Positions 1-8,315 of a stretch of 64,000 nt of DNA are shown piece after piece. The notes beneath the pieces were generated by a model. It worked only from the letters and a program-made list of their open reading frames with translations. It was not told where the DNA came from and searched no databases. The stretch is from positions 663 through 64,662 of the forward strand of contig JBOHBN010000209.1 in assembly GCA_050698355.1 (NCBI GenBank), in the 5' to 3' direction. The position numbers and the translations under genes are program-made. This DNA comes from Streptosporangiales bacterium. Lineage in GTDB: Bacteria > Actinomycetota > Actinomycetes > Streptosporangiales > WHST01. Each line of letters starts with the position of its first letter. The stretch's first letter is position 1.

Positions 1-657
1 GTCGCGCAGCTGGGCGCAAAGCGCCGTGTCGTCGGCAGAGCCCCAGCGCAGGTGCCCGCCGAGCTGGTGGTTCTCCTCGGCCAGCAGCACCGAAGCGCCG
101 TCCTCCGCGGCGGCGATCGCTGCGGACAGACCGGCGGGACCGCCACCAGCGACCAGGACGTCGGGGTGCGCGTACCGCTTGTCGTAGTAGTCGTGCGGCG
201 TGTCCGGGCTGATCTCGCCTGCGTGTACGAACCGCTGCAGCACCCGCTCGTACGCCGGCCATAGGAACCGGGGCTTGATGAAGGTCTTGTAGTAGAAGCC
301 CGCGGACAGGAAGCGCTTCGCGAGCCCGTTGACCGACTTGGCGTCGAACCGCAGCGACGGCCAGGTGTTCTGCGAGCTGACCCGCATGCCCTCCCGTACG
401 AGGCGATGTCCGCCGCGTACGTTCGGCTCGTCGTCGACCTGCACCACGCAACCGGGGTCGATGTAGTCGGCGGTGAGCAGCCCGCGTGGCCGGTGGTACT
501 TGAAGCTGCGCGACATCATCCGCACACCGGACGCGGCCAGGGCGGACGCGATGGTGTCGCCCTCGTACGCGGGGTACGTGGTGCCGTTGAAGTCGAACCG
601 CAGCGGCCGCGCGCGGTCGATCACCTCACCGGGTCGGCGCTCCAACCGGTAACTCAT
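1..657 (-). CDS. soxA: Sarcosine-oxidase-type alpha subunit, N-terminal part (the gene runs off the window start). Probable N-methylglutamate dehydrogenase large subunit.
   Basis: I translated the minus strand by hand from the ATG at 657: MSYRLERRPGEVIDRARPLRFDFNGTTYPAYEGDTIASALAASGVRMMSRSFKYHRPRGLL...HPDVLVAGGGPAGLSAAIAAAEDG (dinucleotide-binding GGGPAG). The start overlaps the soxD stop (ATGA). The ORF track misses it because the window edge truncates it. Confidence 0.8.
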   Translation of the reverse strand, partial: MSYRLERRPGEVIDRARPLRFDFNGTTYPAYEGDTIASALAASGVRMMSRSFKYHRPRGLLTADYIDPGCVVQVDDEPNVRGGHRLVREGMRVSSQNTWPSLRFDAKSVNGLAKRFLSAGFYYKTFIKPRFLWPAYERVLQRFVHAGEISPDTPHDYYDKRYAHPDVLVAGGGPAGLSAAIAAAEDGASVLLAEENHQLGGHLRWGSADDTALCAQLRD

Positions 658-896
658 CGTGGCTCCTGTACACGGTTCTGCTCGGTGTGCCGCTCGACGG
701 CGAAGTACCGCCGGCAGCCCGCCTGGTGGTACCAGTTCTCTCGCGTCCAGCCGCGCACATTGCGCTTGTGGTAGAGGTACGACCGCCACGCGCCGGGCCC
801 GGCGGTGGCCGGGTCGGGGCGGTGTGTCGCCTCGCCCACATACTTGAACTCGGTGGCGTTGCGCGGCCCGCAGTGCGGGCAAGGCAGCAACATCAT
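654..896 (-). CDS. soxD: Sarcosine-oxidase-type delta subunit (small Zn/Cys subunit)
   Basis: 80-aa ORF MMLLPCPHCGPRNATEFKYVGEATHRPDP...YHQAGCRRYFAVERHT with the CxxC...C pattern typical of SoxD. It sits between the beta and alpha subunit genes. Confidence 0.85.
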   Translation of the reverse strand: MMLLPCPHCGPRNATEFKYVGEATHRPDPATAGPGAWRSYLYHKRNVRGWTRENWYHQAGCRRYFAVERHTEQNRVQEPR

Positions 897-916
897 CGCG
901 TGATCAGCTCCCTTTT

Positions 917-2179
917 CTAGTGGCCCACTGAGGCGGCGCCCTTTTCGCCGACCAGGTTGCCGCGCTCGAACCGGTCGAGCCCGAAGGCGGCGATGATCTC
1001 CGGCGTGCGTCGCTCGGCGATGCAGGCGGCCATCGCCTCACCGCTCACGGGACCCGCCTTGAACCCGTAGGTGCCCCACCCGACGTCGACGTAGAAACCG
1101 TCGACCGGAGTACGCCCCATGATCGGGCTGAAGTCGGGTGTCATGTCGCACAGACCGGCCCACTGCCGCAGCAGCCGCATCTTCGACAGCGCCGGCATCA
1201 GCTGGAGGACGTGGCCCGCAAGGCCCTCGATGAACTCCAGCGAACCGCGCATCGAGTACGAGGTGAACGGGTCGACGCTCGCCCCGAAGACCAGCTCCCC
1301 GCGGTCGGTCTGGCTGACGTACACGTGTAGGGACCCGGAGACGATCACGGTGTGCAGGAACGGCCGCACCGGTTCTGTGACCGCGGCCTGCAGCGGGAAG
1401 GTCTCGATGGGCAACGGCAGGTCGACCATGTCCGCGATCGTCGTGGCCCAGCCGGCGGTCGCGTTCAGCACCGTGCCCGCGGCGATGCGCCCCCTGTCGG
1501 TGACCACACCTGTGACCCGGCCGCCGGACACCTCGATGTCCTGCACGGTGGTGTGCTGGTGGATGTGCACCCCAGCGGCGTGCGCGCCACGTGCGTACCC
1601 CCACACGACCGCATCGTGCCTGATGATGCCGCCCGGAGGGTGGTACAGCGCACCCTGGATGGGGTGCCGTGCCTGCGGTGAGACGTCGAGGTACGGCACC
1701 CGCCGCTTGATCTCGTCGGGGCCGATCACCTTGGAGTCGACGCCCTGCACCTTGTTCACCTCGGCGCGCCACCGCATCGTGCGCAGCGACGAGTCGGTGT
1801 GCGCGAGGGTCATGTGCCCGCGCTGGGCGAACATGACGTTGAAGTTCAGGTCGGCGGCGAGTCCCTCGTACAGCTTGACCGACCGGTCGTAGAACGCGAC
1901 GCCCTCGGGCGTGAGGTAGTTGGACCGCACGATCGCGGTGTTACGGCCGGAGCCGCCGCTGCCGATGTAGCTCTTGTCGAGCACGGCGACGTTGGTGATG
2001 CCGTGGTTCTTCGCCAGGTAGTACGCGGCTGCCAGGCCATGCACGCCACCGCCGATGATGACCACATCGTAGCTGGAGCGGAGCTCGTCTTCCTGCCATG
2101 CGGCCGGCCACTCCTTCTTGGCAAGACCCTGTTTTAGCAGCTGAAACGCGGAGTACTTCGGCCCGCGTGCTCTGCTCAC
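917..2179 (-). CDS. soxB: Sarcosine-oxidase-type beta subunit (FAD-dependent oxidoreductase). Probable N-methylglutamate dehydrogenase catalytic subunit.
   Basis: 420-aa ORF with YDVVIIGGGVHGLAAAYYLAK (GxGxxG) and SoxB-like N-terminus SAFQLLKQGL..WPAAW. GTG start at 2179 is preceded by GGGAGA. Confidence 0.9.
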   Translation of the reverse strand: MSRARGPKYSAFQLLKQGLAKKEWPAAWQEDELRSSYDVVIIGGGVHGLAAAYYLAKNHGITNVAVLDKSYIGSGGSGRNTAIVRSNYLTPEGVAFYDRSVKLYEGLAADLNFNVMFAQRGHMTLAHTDSSLRTMRWRAEVNKVQGVDSKVIGPDEIKRRVPYLDVSPQARHPIQGALYHPPGGIIRHDAVVWGYARGAHAAGVHIHQHTTVQDIEVSGGRVTGVVTDRGRIAAGTVLNATAGWATTIADMVDLPLPIETFPLQAAVTEPVRPFLHTVIVSGSLHVYVSQTDRGELVFGASVDPFTSYSMRGSLEFIEGLAGHVLQLMPALSKMRLLRQWAGLCDMTPDFSPIMGRTPVDGFYVDVGWGTYGFKAGPVSGEAMAACIAERRTPEIIAAFGLDRFERGNLVGEKGAASVGH

Positions 2180-2313
2180 GATGTCTCCCTCGCGGTACCT
2201 GTGACCGCTGACCGTTGTCCTACAAGTCTAGGCGTCACAGGAAACACTGTCGCCTGCTGGTGAACACAATGCAACAACGAGCAACCCGCCGAACGCAATG
2301 CCTGCGCCCGAAT

Positions 2314-2913
2314 TCATCCGTTCGAAGGCAGCGCCTTGACGGTGAGGAACCTGACCGGCAGCTCGCCCATCTCCACCGGACCGTGCGGCACCTCGCCTGC
2401 GAACTGCAACGCGTCGCCCGGGTCGAGTTCGTACCTGTCGTCGCCGACCGAGTACGTCATCTTCCCTTCCAAGATGTACAGCAGCTCGGTGCCCTGGTGC
2501 TGGTACAGCGGGAAGATCTTGCTGCGTCTCGTGATCTCGACCAGCAACGGCTCCAGCAGGTCGTACGGGTACCGCATCCGGCCGAGCAGCTGGTACCGCG
2601 AGCCGGAGCGCGATCCGCGGTGCTCGATGTCGAGGCCGCGGCCCGCCTTGATGTGCAGGACGTCGTGCTCCTCGTCCAGGCCGCGGAAGAACGCGGTGAC
2701 CGGCACCGAGAGTGCCGCGCTGAGCCGGGCGAGCGTCCCGAGGCTGCTGGACGCCTTCGCATTCTCGATCTTCGACAGCATGCTCTTGGACAACCCGCTG
2801 CGCTCGGCGAGCTGGGTGACACTCCAGCCGAGCCCGGCACGAAACTCGCGTACCCGCTCCGCGATGAGCTGCTCGAGCGTGTCCTCGAGCTGTGTCTCGT
2901 CCTCCGCGGTCAC
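2314..2913 (-). CDS. XRE-family HTH transcriptional regulator with C-terminal cupin domain
   Basis: 199 aa. The HTH is LGWSVTQLAERSGLSKSMLSKIENAKASSSLGTLARLSAAL. The C-terminal cupin-like region is HQGTELLYILEGKMTYSVGDDRYELDPGDALQF. GGAGG lies before the GTG start. Confidence 0.85.
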   Translation of the reverse strand: MTAEDETQLEDTLEQLIAERVREFRAGLGWSVTQLAERSGLSKSMLSKIENAKASSSLGTLARLSAALSVPVTAFFRGLDEEHDVLHIKAGRGLDIEHRGSRSGSRYQLLGRMRYPYDLLEPLLVEITRRSKIFPLYQHQGTELLYILEGKMTYSVGDDRYELDPGDALQFAGEVPHGPVEMGELPVRFLTVKALPSNG

Positions 2914-3000
2914 GTGTCCTCCCCTCCATCCTGGCCTGGGACTTTACCGGTGCGAGGCACGGCAACTGCGGGGCCGTGGCGAAGGTTTACCCTGGCGGCC

Positions 3001-3717
3001 ATGGCAAGCCCGTTGACGTCGATGCGCCTGACGGAGGGGGTCGCGGAGCACATCCGCGGCATGATCCACCGCGGCGAGCTCGGCCCCGGCGACCGGCTGC
3101 CGTCCGAGCGCGAGCTCGCCGAGGAGCTCGGTGTGGCGCGCGCGAGCCTGCGAGAGGCCATCAAGTCGCTCGCGGCGCGCGGGTACGTGGAGGTACGGCG
3201 GGGCGCGAACGGCGGGACGTTCGTCACCGAGCTGTCCAGGCCGTTCAGCGAATGGCGCGAGCACGTGCGCGAGCAGCACGGTGAGATGGACGAGATCATC
3301 GACTTTCGCACGGCGTTGGAGCAACACGCTGCCGGCTTGGCCGCGCAGCGCCGGGACCGTGGCGATCTCACCCAGCTACGAAACGCGATCACGATGATGG
3401 AGTCCGCGGAGAGCCGGGCAAAGTTCCGGCTGTCCGACTCGCGGTTCCACAGTGCGGTGGCCCGAGCGTCGAAGAACACCCGCCTGCAGACGGGTATCGA
3501 CCAGGTGCGCGGGGAGCTGTTCAGTCCGCACGACCTGCTCGAATACGTCGAGCCCGTGGCGGAGTCGCTGACCGATCACCAAGAGATCTACGGGGCGATC
3601 CGGGACAAGGACGCCGCGCGTGCGTCGTCACTCATGGCGGAGCACATCGAGCGTACTCGCGAGCAGCTGCGGGTGATCGTCTTGCAGGATCATCGGCGCA
3701 AGCGCAAGCCCCGGTGA
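3001..3717 (+). CDS. GntR/FadR-family transcriptional regulator
   Basis: This is the internal ATG of the 500-aa track ORF; the upstream part of that ORF is antisense shadow of the XRE gene. The winged HTH is GDRLPSERELAEELGVARASLREAIKSLAARGYVEVRRG, followed by an FCD-like helical C-terminus. It is divergent from the XRE-cupin gene. Confidence 0.85.
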   Translation: MASPLTSMRLTEGVAEHIRGMIHRGELGPGDRLPSERELAEELGVARASLREAIKSLAARGYVEVRRGANGGTFVTELSRPFSEWREHVREQHGEMDEIIDFRTALEQHAAGLAAQRRDRGDLTQLRNAITMMESAESRAKFRLSDSRFHSAVARASKNTRLQTGIDQVRGELFSPHDLLEYVEPVAESLTDHQEIYGAIRDKDAARASSLMAEHIERTREQLRVIVLQDHRRKRKPR

Positions 3718-3766
3718 TCATGAAACATGTGCGTAGGCATAGCTACGACAAGTTTTCATGATCACC
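3713..3766. promoter_or_regulatory. 13-bp inverted repeat GGTGATCATGAAA-N28-TTTCATGATCACC between the GntR gene and mgsA
   Basis: The arms are at 3713-3725 and 3754-3766 and are perfectly complementary. The spacer is unusually AT-rich for this DNA. The left arm covers the GntR stop codon. Confidence 0.4.
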
Positions 3767-3891
3767 CAGGGGGCCGGAGGGGCAACTCTTGACAGGCGAC
3801 TGCGCCGCAGTGTTGCATCGCTTCGGGTGATTGGTCTGTGGTTTGGACCTTAGACCCATGATCGGTCATGTGTCTCGAGGAGCGATGGCGA

Positions 3892-4788
3892 ATGTGCGGA
3901 ATCGTTGGCCTTCATCTGAAGCAGCCGTCCCTGTGGCCGCAGCTGGGGGCAATGCTCACCCCCATGCTCGACTGCATGAGCACGCGCGGGCCGGACTCCG
4001 CCGGCATCGCGCTGTACGGGGACGTGGTTCCGGGCGATGGGCTCCGGTTCAGCGTGCGGCTGCCCGCAGGTACGGACCCTGCAACGGTCGCCGGCCGGGC
4101 GTCTGAGGTGCTGGGCGCCGAAGTCCGGCTCGAGTCGGTCTACTTCGGCGGTGCGTCCTATGTAGCGACGGGTACGGCGGAGGACATCCGCGATGCGCTT
4201 CTCGCGGCCGAGCCGGAGCTGGTGGTCGTGGGCTTCGGTACCGCGGTCGAGGTGTTCAAGGACGTCGGCTCGCCGCGGGAGATATGCGACCGGTTCGAGA
4301 TCGGGCGACGCACCGGGTACCAGGGAGTCGGCCATACCAGGTTGGCGACGGAGTCCGCGGTGACCACCGACCACTCGCACCCGTTCGTCACCGCTCCGGA
4401 CCTGGCGCTCGTACACAACGGTTCGTTTTCCAACTACGCGACCGTGCGCCGCAAGCTCGCGCGTGAGGGCATCGGATTCGTCACCGACAACGACACCGAG
4501 GTGTGTGCGCGTTACATCGCTTGGCAGATGCGCGGAGGCGCCAGCCTGGAGGATGCGCTGCGCATGGTGCTGAAGGACATGGACGGGTTCTACACCCTGC
4601 TCGTCGCCACGGCGACGGAGTTCGCTGTCCTGCGCGACTCGTTCGCTTGCAAGCCTGCGGTACTCGCCGAGACCGATGAGTACGTCGCGTTCGGCTCGGA
4701 GTACCACGCGCTCGCGTCGCTTCCCGGCGTGGAGAAGGCGGAGGTGTTCGAGCCGATGCCGGAGGAGATTCACGTATGGACGGTCTGA
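3892..4788 (+). CDS. mgsA: Class-II (Ntn) glutamine amidotransferase-like protein, N-methylglutamate synthase subunit A type (GlxB-like)
   Basis: The start was chosen at MCGIVGL, with the N-terminal nucleophile Cys directly after Met. The body resembles the GltB amidotransferase domain (THSHPF, LVHNGSFSNY). It is first of three translationally coupled genes. Confidence 0.8.
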   Translation: MCGIVGLHLKQPSLWPQLGAMLTPMLDCMSTRGPDSAGIALYGDVVPGDGLRFSVRLPAGTDPATVAGRASEVLGAEVRLESVYFGGASYVATGTAEDIRDALLAAEPELVVVGFGTAVEVFKDVGSPREICDRFEIGRRTGYQGVGHTRLATESAVTTDHSHPFVTAPDLALVHNGSFSNYATVRRKLAREGIGFVTDNDTEVCARYIAWQMRGGASLEDALRMVLKDMDGFYTLLVATATEFAVLRDSFACKPAVLAETDEYVAFGSEYHALASLPGVEKAEVFEPMPEEIHVWTV

Positions 4789-5471
4789 TGGGGCCCGCGG
4801 TGTTCGACTGCGCGGAGCAGTCCACCCGTGAGATCAACCGGGAGCTCGCGCAGTTGCCCGACGGCGCAGCGGCGCGGATCCTGCACCCCTCGGGTCGGCA
4901 CAACCTCGCGGTCGGACTGACGAACCGCATCGACGTACGCATCGAGGGCGCCGCCGGGTACTTCATCGGGGGCCTCGGCGACGGGCCGGATGTGACGGTG
5001 GACGGGTTCGTGGGCTGGTCGGTCGCGGAGAACCTGATGAGCGGGACGGTGTGGGTCAAGGGCAACGCGTCGGAGTGCGCCGGCGCGTCCAGCCACGGCG
5101 GTCTGCTCGTGATCGAGGGCGACGCGTCCTCGCGCGCGGGGATCTCGCTCAAGGGGGGCACCGTGCTGGTGGGCGGCGACGTCGGCCACATGAGCGGCTT
5201 CATGGCGCAGGCCGGCACGATCCTCGTCGGCGGCGATGCCGGGCACGCGCTCGGTGATTCGCTGTACGAGACGGTGATCTACGTGGCCGGCTCAATCGGG
5301 TCGTTGGGCTCCGATGCCCGCGTCGAGGACCTCACCGAGCGGGACGTCGAGACCGTCGAGACGCTCGTCAAGCAGGCGGCTTTCGACCACGTCGACCCGC
5401 AGAACGTCACCCGCATCGCCTCGGCCAAGCAGCTGTACAACTTCGACGCGCTGAAGGAGCAGAAGTACTGA
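4776..5471 (+). CDS. mgsB: GXGXG-motif protein (glutamate synthase C-terminal domain family), N-methylglutamate synthase subunit B type (GlxC-like)
   Basis: 231 aa with repeated beta-helix-type motifs VGWSVAENLMSGTVWVKGNAS..GGLLVIEGDAS..GGTVLVGGDVG..AGTILVGGDAG. It overlaps the stop of the previous gene and the start of the next. Confidence 0.8.
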   Translation: MDGLMGPAVFDCAEQSTREINRELAQLPDGAAARILHPSGRHNLAVGLTNRIDVRIEGAAGYFIGGLGDGPDVTVDGFVGWSVAENLMSGTVWVKGNASECAGASSHGGLLVIEGDASSRAGISLKGGTVLVGGDVGHMSGFMAQAGTILVGGDAGHALGDSLYETVIYVAGSIGSLGSDARVEDLTERDVETVETLVKQAAFDHVDPQNVTRIASAKQLYNFDALKEQKY

Positions 5472-6835
5472 TGAGCGAAGAAGTGGTGTCGGCCGACCAG
5501 CTGCGGGCGAGTCACACCTACCCGCCGCAGACCATCGCGCACATCCAGCAGATGGCCGAAGAGGGCAGGTACGAGATCCGTGGCTGGGGCGCCAAGCGGG
5601 CCCTGCCGACATTCGACGACCTGGTGTTCCTCACCGCGTCGGCGTCCCGCTATCCGCTTGAGGGATACCGGGAGAAGTGCGACACCGCGACCGTGCTCGG
5701 CAGCCGGTTCGCGAGCAAGCCGATCGAGCTCGCGATCCCGATAACCATCGCGGGCATGAGCTTTGGTGCGCTCTCCTCGCACGCCAAGGAGGCGCTCGGA
5801 CGGGCGGCGACGACGGTCGGCACCTCCACCACGACCGGTGACGGCGGCATGACCCAGGAGGAGCGCAAGGCGTCCAAGACGCTGGTCTACCAGTGCCTGC
5901 CATCGCGGTACGGGTTCAACCCGACCGATCTGCGCGCCGCGGACGCGATCGAGGTGGTGATCGGCCAGGGCGCGAAGCCGGGCGGTGGCGGCATGCTGCT
6001 CGGCCAGAAGGTGAGCGAACGTGTCGCGCAGATGCGCACGCTGCCACCCGGCATCGACCAGCGGTCGGCGAGCCGGCACCCGGACTGGGTCGGACCCGAC
6101 GACCTGCGCATCAAGCTGGAGGAGCTACGCGAGGCAACGTCCTGGGAGAAGCCGATCTACGTCAAAGTCGGTGCGACCAGGGTCACCAACGACGTCAAGC
6201 TCGCTGTCGCCTCGGGCGCGGACGTCGTTGTCGTCGACGGGATGCAGGGCGGCACGGCCGCGACCCAGGACGTTTTCCTCGAGAACGCGGGCATCCCGTC
6301 GCTTCCGGCCGTACGCCTGGCCGCCGAAGCACTGCGCGAGATCGGCATGGAAGACCAGGTGCAGCTCATCGTCTCCGGCGGCATCCGTACCGGAGCCGAC
6401 GTGGCCAAGGCGCTGGCGCTCGGCGCGGACGCGGTGTCGATCGGCGTCGCGTCGCTCATCGCGCTGGGCTGCAACAGCCGCACGTACGTCCAGGACGGCG
6501 AGGAGCACGACGCGACGGCGGACTACGCCGCGCTCGGTACGGCTCCGGGGTACTGCGACCGGATGCAGACAGGGCGCTGCCCGGTCGGCATCACCACCCA
6601 GGACCCCACGCTGGAAGCTCGCCTGGACCCGGAGTGGGGCGCCCGGCGGGTCACCGGCTACCTGAAGGCGCTGACGATGGAGCTGGCGACACTCGCGCGC
6701 GCCTGCGGCAAGTCGAACGTGCACAACCTGGAGCCGGAGGACCTTGCCGCCCTCACCATCGAGGCGGCGGCGATGGCGCAGGTGCCGCTGGTGGGGACCG
6801 ACTGGATACCGGGTCACCCGAAGGACGGCTGGTAG
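5471..6835 (+). CDS. mgsC: FMN-binding glutamate-synthase-family protein, N-methylglutamate synthase subunit C type (GlxD-like)
   Basis: 454 aa with GMSFGALS, GQGAKPGGGG, DVVVVDGMQGGTAA and SGGIRTGADVAKALALGADAV, typical of the GltB FMN domain. The start overlaps the mgsB stop (TGATG). Confidence 0.85.
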   Translation: MSEEVVSADQLRASHTYPPQTIAHIQQMAEEGRYEIRGWGAKRALPTFDDLVFLTASASRYPLEGYREKCDTATVLGSRFASKPIELAIPITIAGMSFGALSSHAKEALGRAATTVGTSTTTGDGGMTQEERKASKTLVYQCLPSRYGFNPTDLRAADAIEVVIGQGAKPGGGGMLLGQKVSERVAQMRTLPPGIDQRSASRHPDWVGPDDLRIKLEELREATSWEKPIYVKVGATRVTNDVKLAVASGADVVVVDGMQGGTAATQDVFLENAGIPSLPAVRLAAEALREIGMEDQVQLIVSGGIRTGADVAKALALGADAVSIGVASLIALGCNSRTYVQDGEEHDATADYAALGTAPGYCDRMQTGRCPVGITTQDPTLEARLDPEWGARRVTGYLKALTMELATLARACGKSNVHNLEPEDLAALTIEAAAMAQVPLVGTDWIPGHPKDGW

Positions 6836-6879
6836 GTGGTGGGCGTACCCGGACGAGTGGCGACGCGAGGAGGAGCACG

Positions 6880-8250
6880 GTGCATCCGGACCTGAACGAA
6901 GAGCGCGAACGCATGGTCAAGCAGGCCGAGGAGGACGGAATCGAGTTCTTCCTCGCCATGTTCGTGGACATGCACGGCAAGCCGTGCGCGAAGATGGTCC
7001 CCGCGCAGAGCGTGGAGGCCCTGCTCACCGACGGGGCCGGGTTCGCCGGGTTCGCCGCAGGCGCGTTGGGCCAGGACCCGTCCGACCCGGACCTGATGGC
7101 GATCCCGGACCCCTCCTCCTACACCAGGTTGCCGTGGCGTCCACAGGTGGCGGTGCTGCACTGCGATCCGCACGTCGAAGGCAAGCCCTGGCCGTACGCC
7201 CCGCGGGTGATCCTGCGCCGGCAGATGGACCGGCTGCGCGATGAGCGCGGCTGGTCGTTCAAGACGGGCATCGAGGCCGAGTACATGCTCGTACGGCGTA
7301 CCGGCGACGGTGGTATCGAGCTTGCCGACGAGCTCGACTACTCCGAGAAGCCCTGCTACGAGGTCAAGGGCCTGAGCCGGATGTGGGACCACCTCTCCGC
7401 GGTGTCGTCACACCTGAACGAGCTCGGTTGGTCGAACTACGCGAACGACCACGAGGACGGCAACGGCCAGTTCGAGCAGAACTTCGAGTACGCCGACGCG
7501 CTCACCACCGCCGACCGGGCGATCTTCTTCCGGTACATGGTGCACATGCTGGCGCACGAGGCCGGCATGGCGGCCACGTTCATGCCGAAGCCGTTCAGCC
7601 GGTTCACCGGCAACGGCTTGCACCTGCACGTCAGCCTGTGGGACGGCTCCGACTCCGCGCTGTTCGAGACCTCCTCCGACGCGCGGGGGCTCGGCCTCTC
7701 CGAGCTCGCGTACCAGTTCATGGGCGGCCTCATCGAACACGGCCGGGCGATCGCGGGCGTGATCTGCCCGACGGTGAACTCCTACAAGCGCATCGGCGTC
7801 GGCGCGCCGAACTCGGGATCGACCTGGGCGCCCGCGTACAACGCCTACGGCGGCAACAACCGTACGGTCATGCTGCGGGTGCCCGAAGGAGGACGGATCG
7901 AGCACCGCGGCGTGGACGGTTCGGCGAACCCGTACCTCGCCTCCACCGCGCTGCTCGCCGCGGGCATGGACGGCGTCGCCAGGAACCTCAGCCCGGGCGA
8001 GCCTGTGCACGACAACCTGTACGCCTGCTCGCTGGCCGAGACCGAGGCACGGGGCATCAGCAGGCTGCCGGCCATCCTGCCCGAGGCGATGGACGAGCTG
8101 ACCCGCGACGACGTCTTGCGCGCGGCGCTGGGCCAGGTCCGCGGCGGCGACTACGTCGACTACTTCGCCGAGGTGAAGCGCGCCGAGTTCGTCGACTACC
8201 ACAGTCGCGTCAGCGACTGGGAGATCAACAAGTACCTCACCATGTTCTGA
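6880..8250 (+). CDS. gmaS: Glutamine-synthetase-family enzyme, gamma-glutamylmethylamide synthetase type
   Basis: In-frame GTG at 6880 preceded by GAGGAGGAG. The 5' 330 codons of the 785-aa track ORF are shadow. GS-like motifs are present: GIEFFLAMFVDMHGK, FKTGIEAEYMLV, NGLHLHVSLW, NSYKRI, RVPEGGRIEHRGVDGSANPYL. Confidence 0.8.
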   Translation: MHPDLNEERERMVKQAEEDGIEFFLAMFVDMHGKPCAKMVPAQSVEALLTDGAGFAGFAAGALGQDPSDPDLMAIPDPSSYTRLPWRPQVAVLHCDPHVEGKPWPYAPRVILRRQMDRLRDERGWSFKTGIEAEYMLVRRTGDGGIELADELDYSEKPCYEVKGLSRMWDHLSAVSSHLNELGWSNYANDHEDGNGQFEQNFEYADALTTADRAIFFRYMVHMLAHEAGMAATFMPKPFSRFTGNGLHLHVSLWDGSDSALFETSSDARGLGLSELAYQFMGGLIEHGRAIAGVICPTVNSYKRIGVGAPNSGSTWAPAYNAYGGNNRTVMLRVPEGGRIEHRGVDGSANPYLASTALLAAGMDGVARNLSPGEPVHDNLYACSLAETEARGISRLPAILPEAMDELTRDDVLRAALGQVRGGDYVDYFAEVKRAEFVDYHSRVSDWEINKYLTMF

Positions 8251-8315
8251 CCTGTTCGCGCACGCCATCGCGTTGTGCGGCGCTGGCACTAAGGGGGCCG
8301 CAGGGAGGTAAGCGC

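Noticed and set aside
2215-3000. The upstream part of the 500-aa plus-strand ORF preceding the GntR gene.
   Set aside because: It is antisense to the clearly coding XRE-cupin gene and has no recognisable domain. The GntR wHTH begins right after the ATG at 3001.
5893-6879. The 5' 330 codons of the 785-aa plus-strand track ORF, upstream of the GS-like gene.
   Set aside because: The translation is Arg/Gly/Pro-rich low-complexity text in an alternative frame of the well-supported mgsC gene. The real gene starts at GTG 6880 behind a strong SD.
7383-8315. The N-terminal 311 codons of the 821-aa track ORF, fused to the APC permease.
   Set aside because: It is a shadow frame over gmaS with the same R/G/P-rich composition. 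The permease has its own SD and an ATG at 8316.
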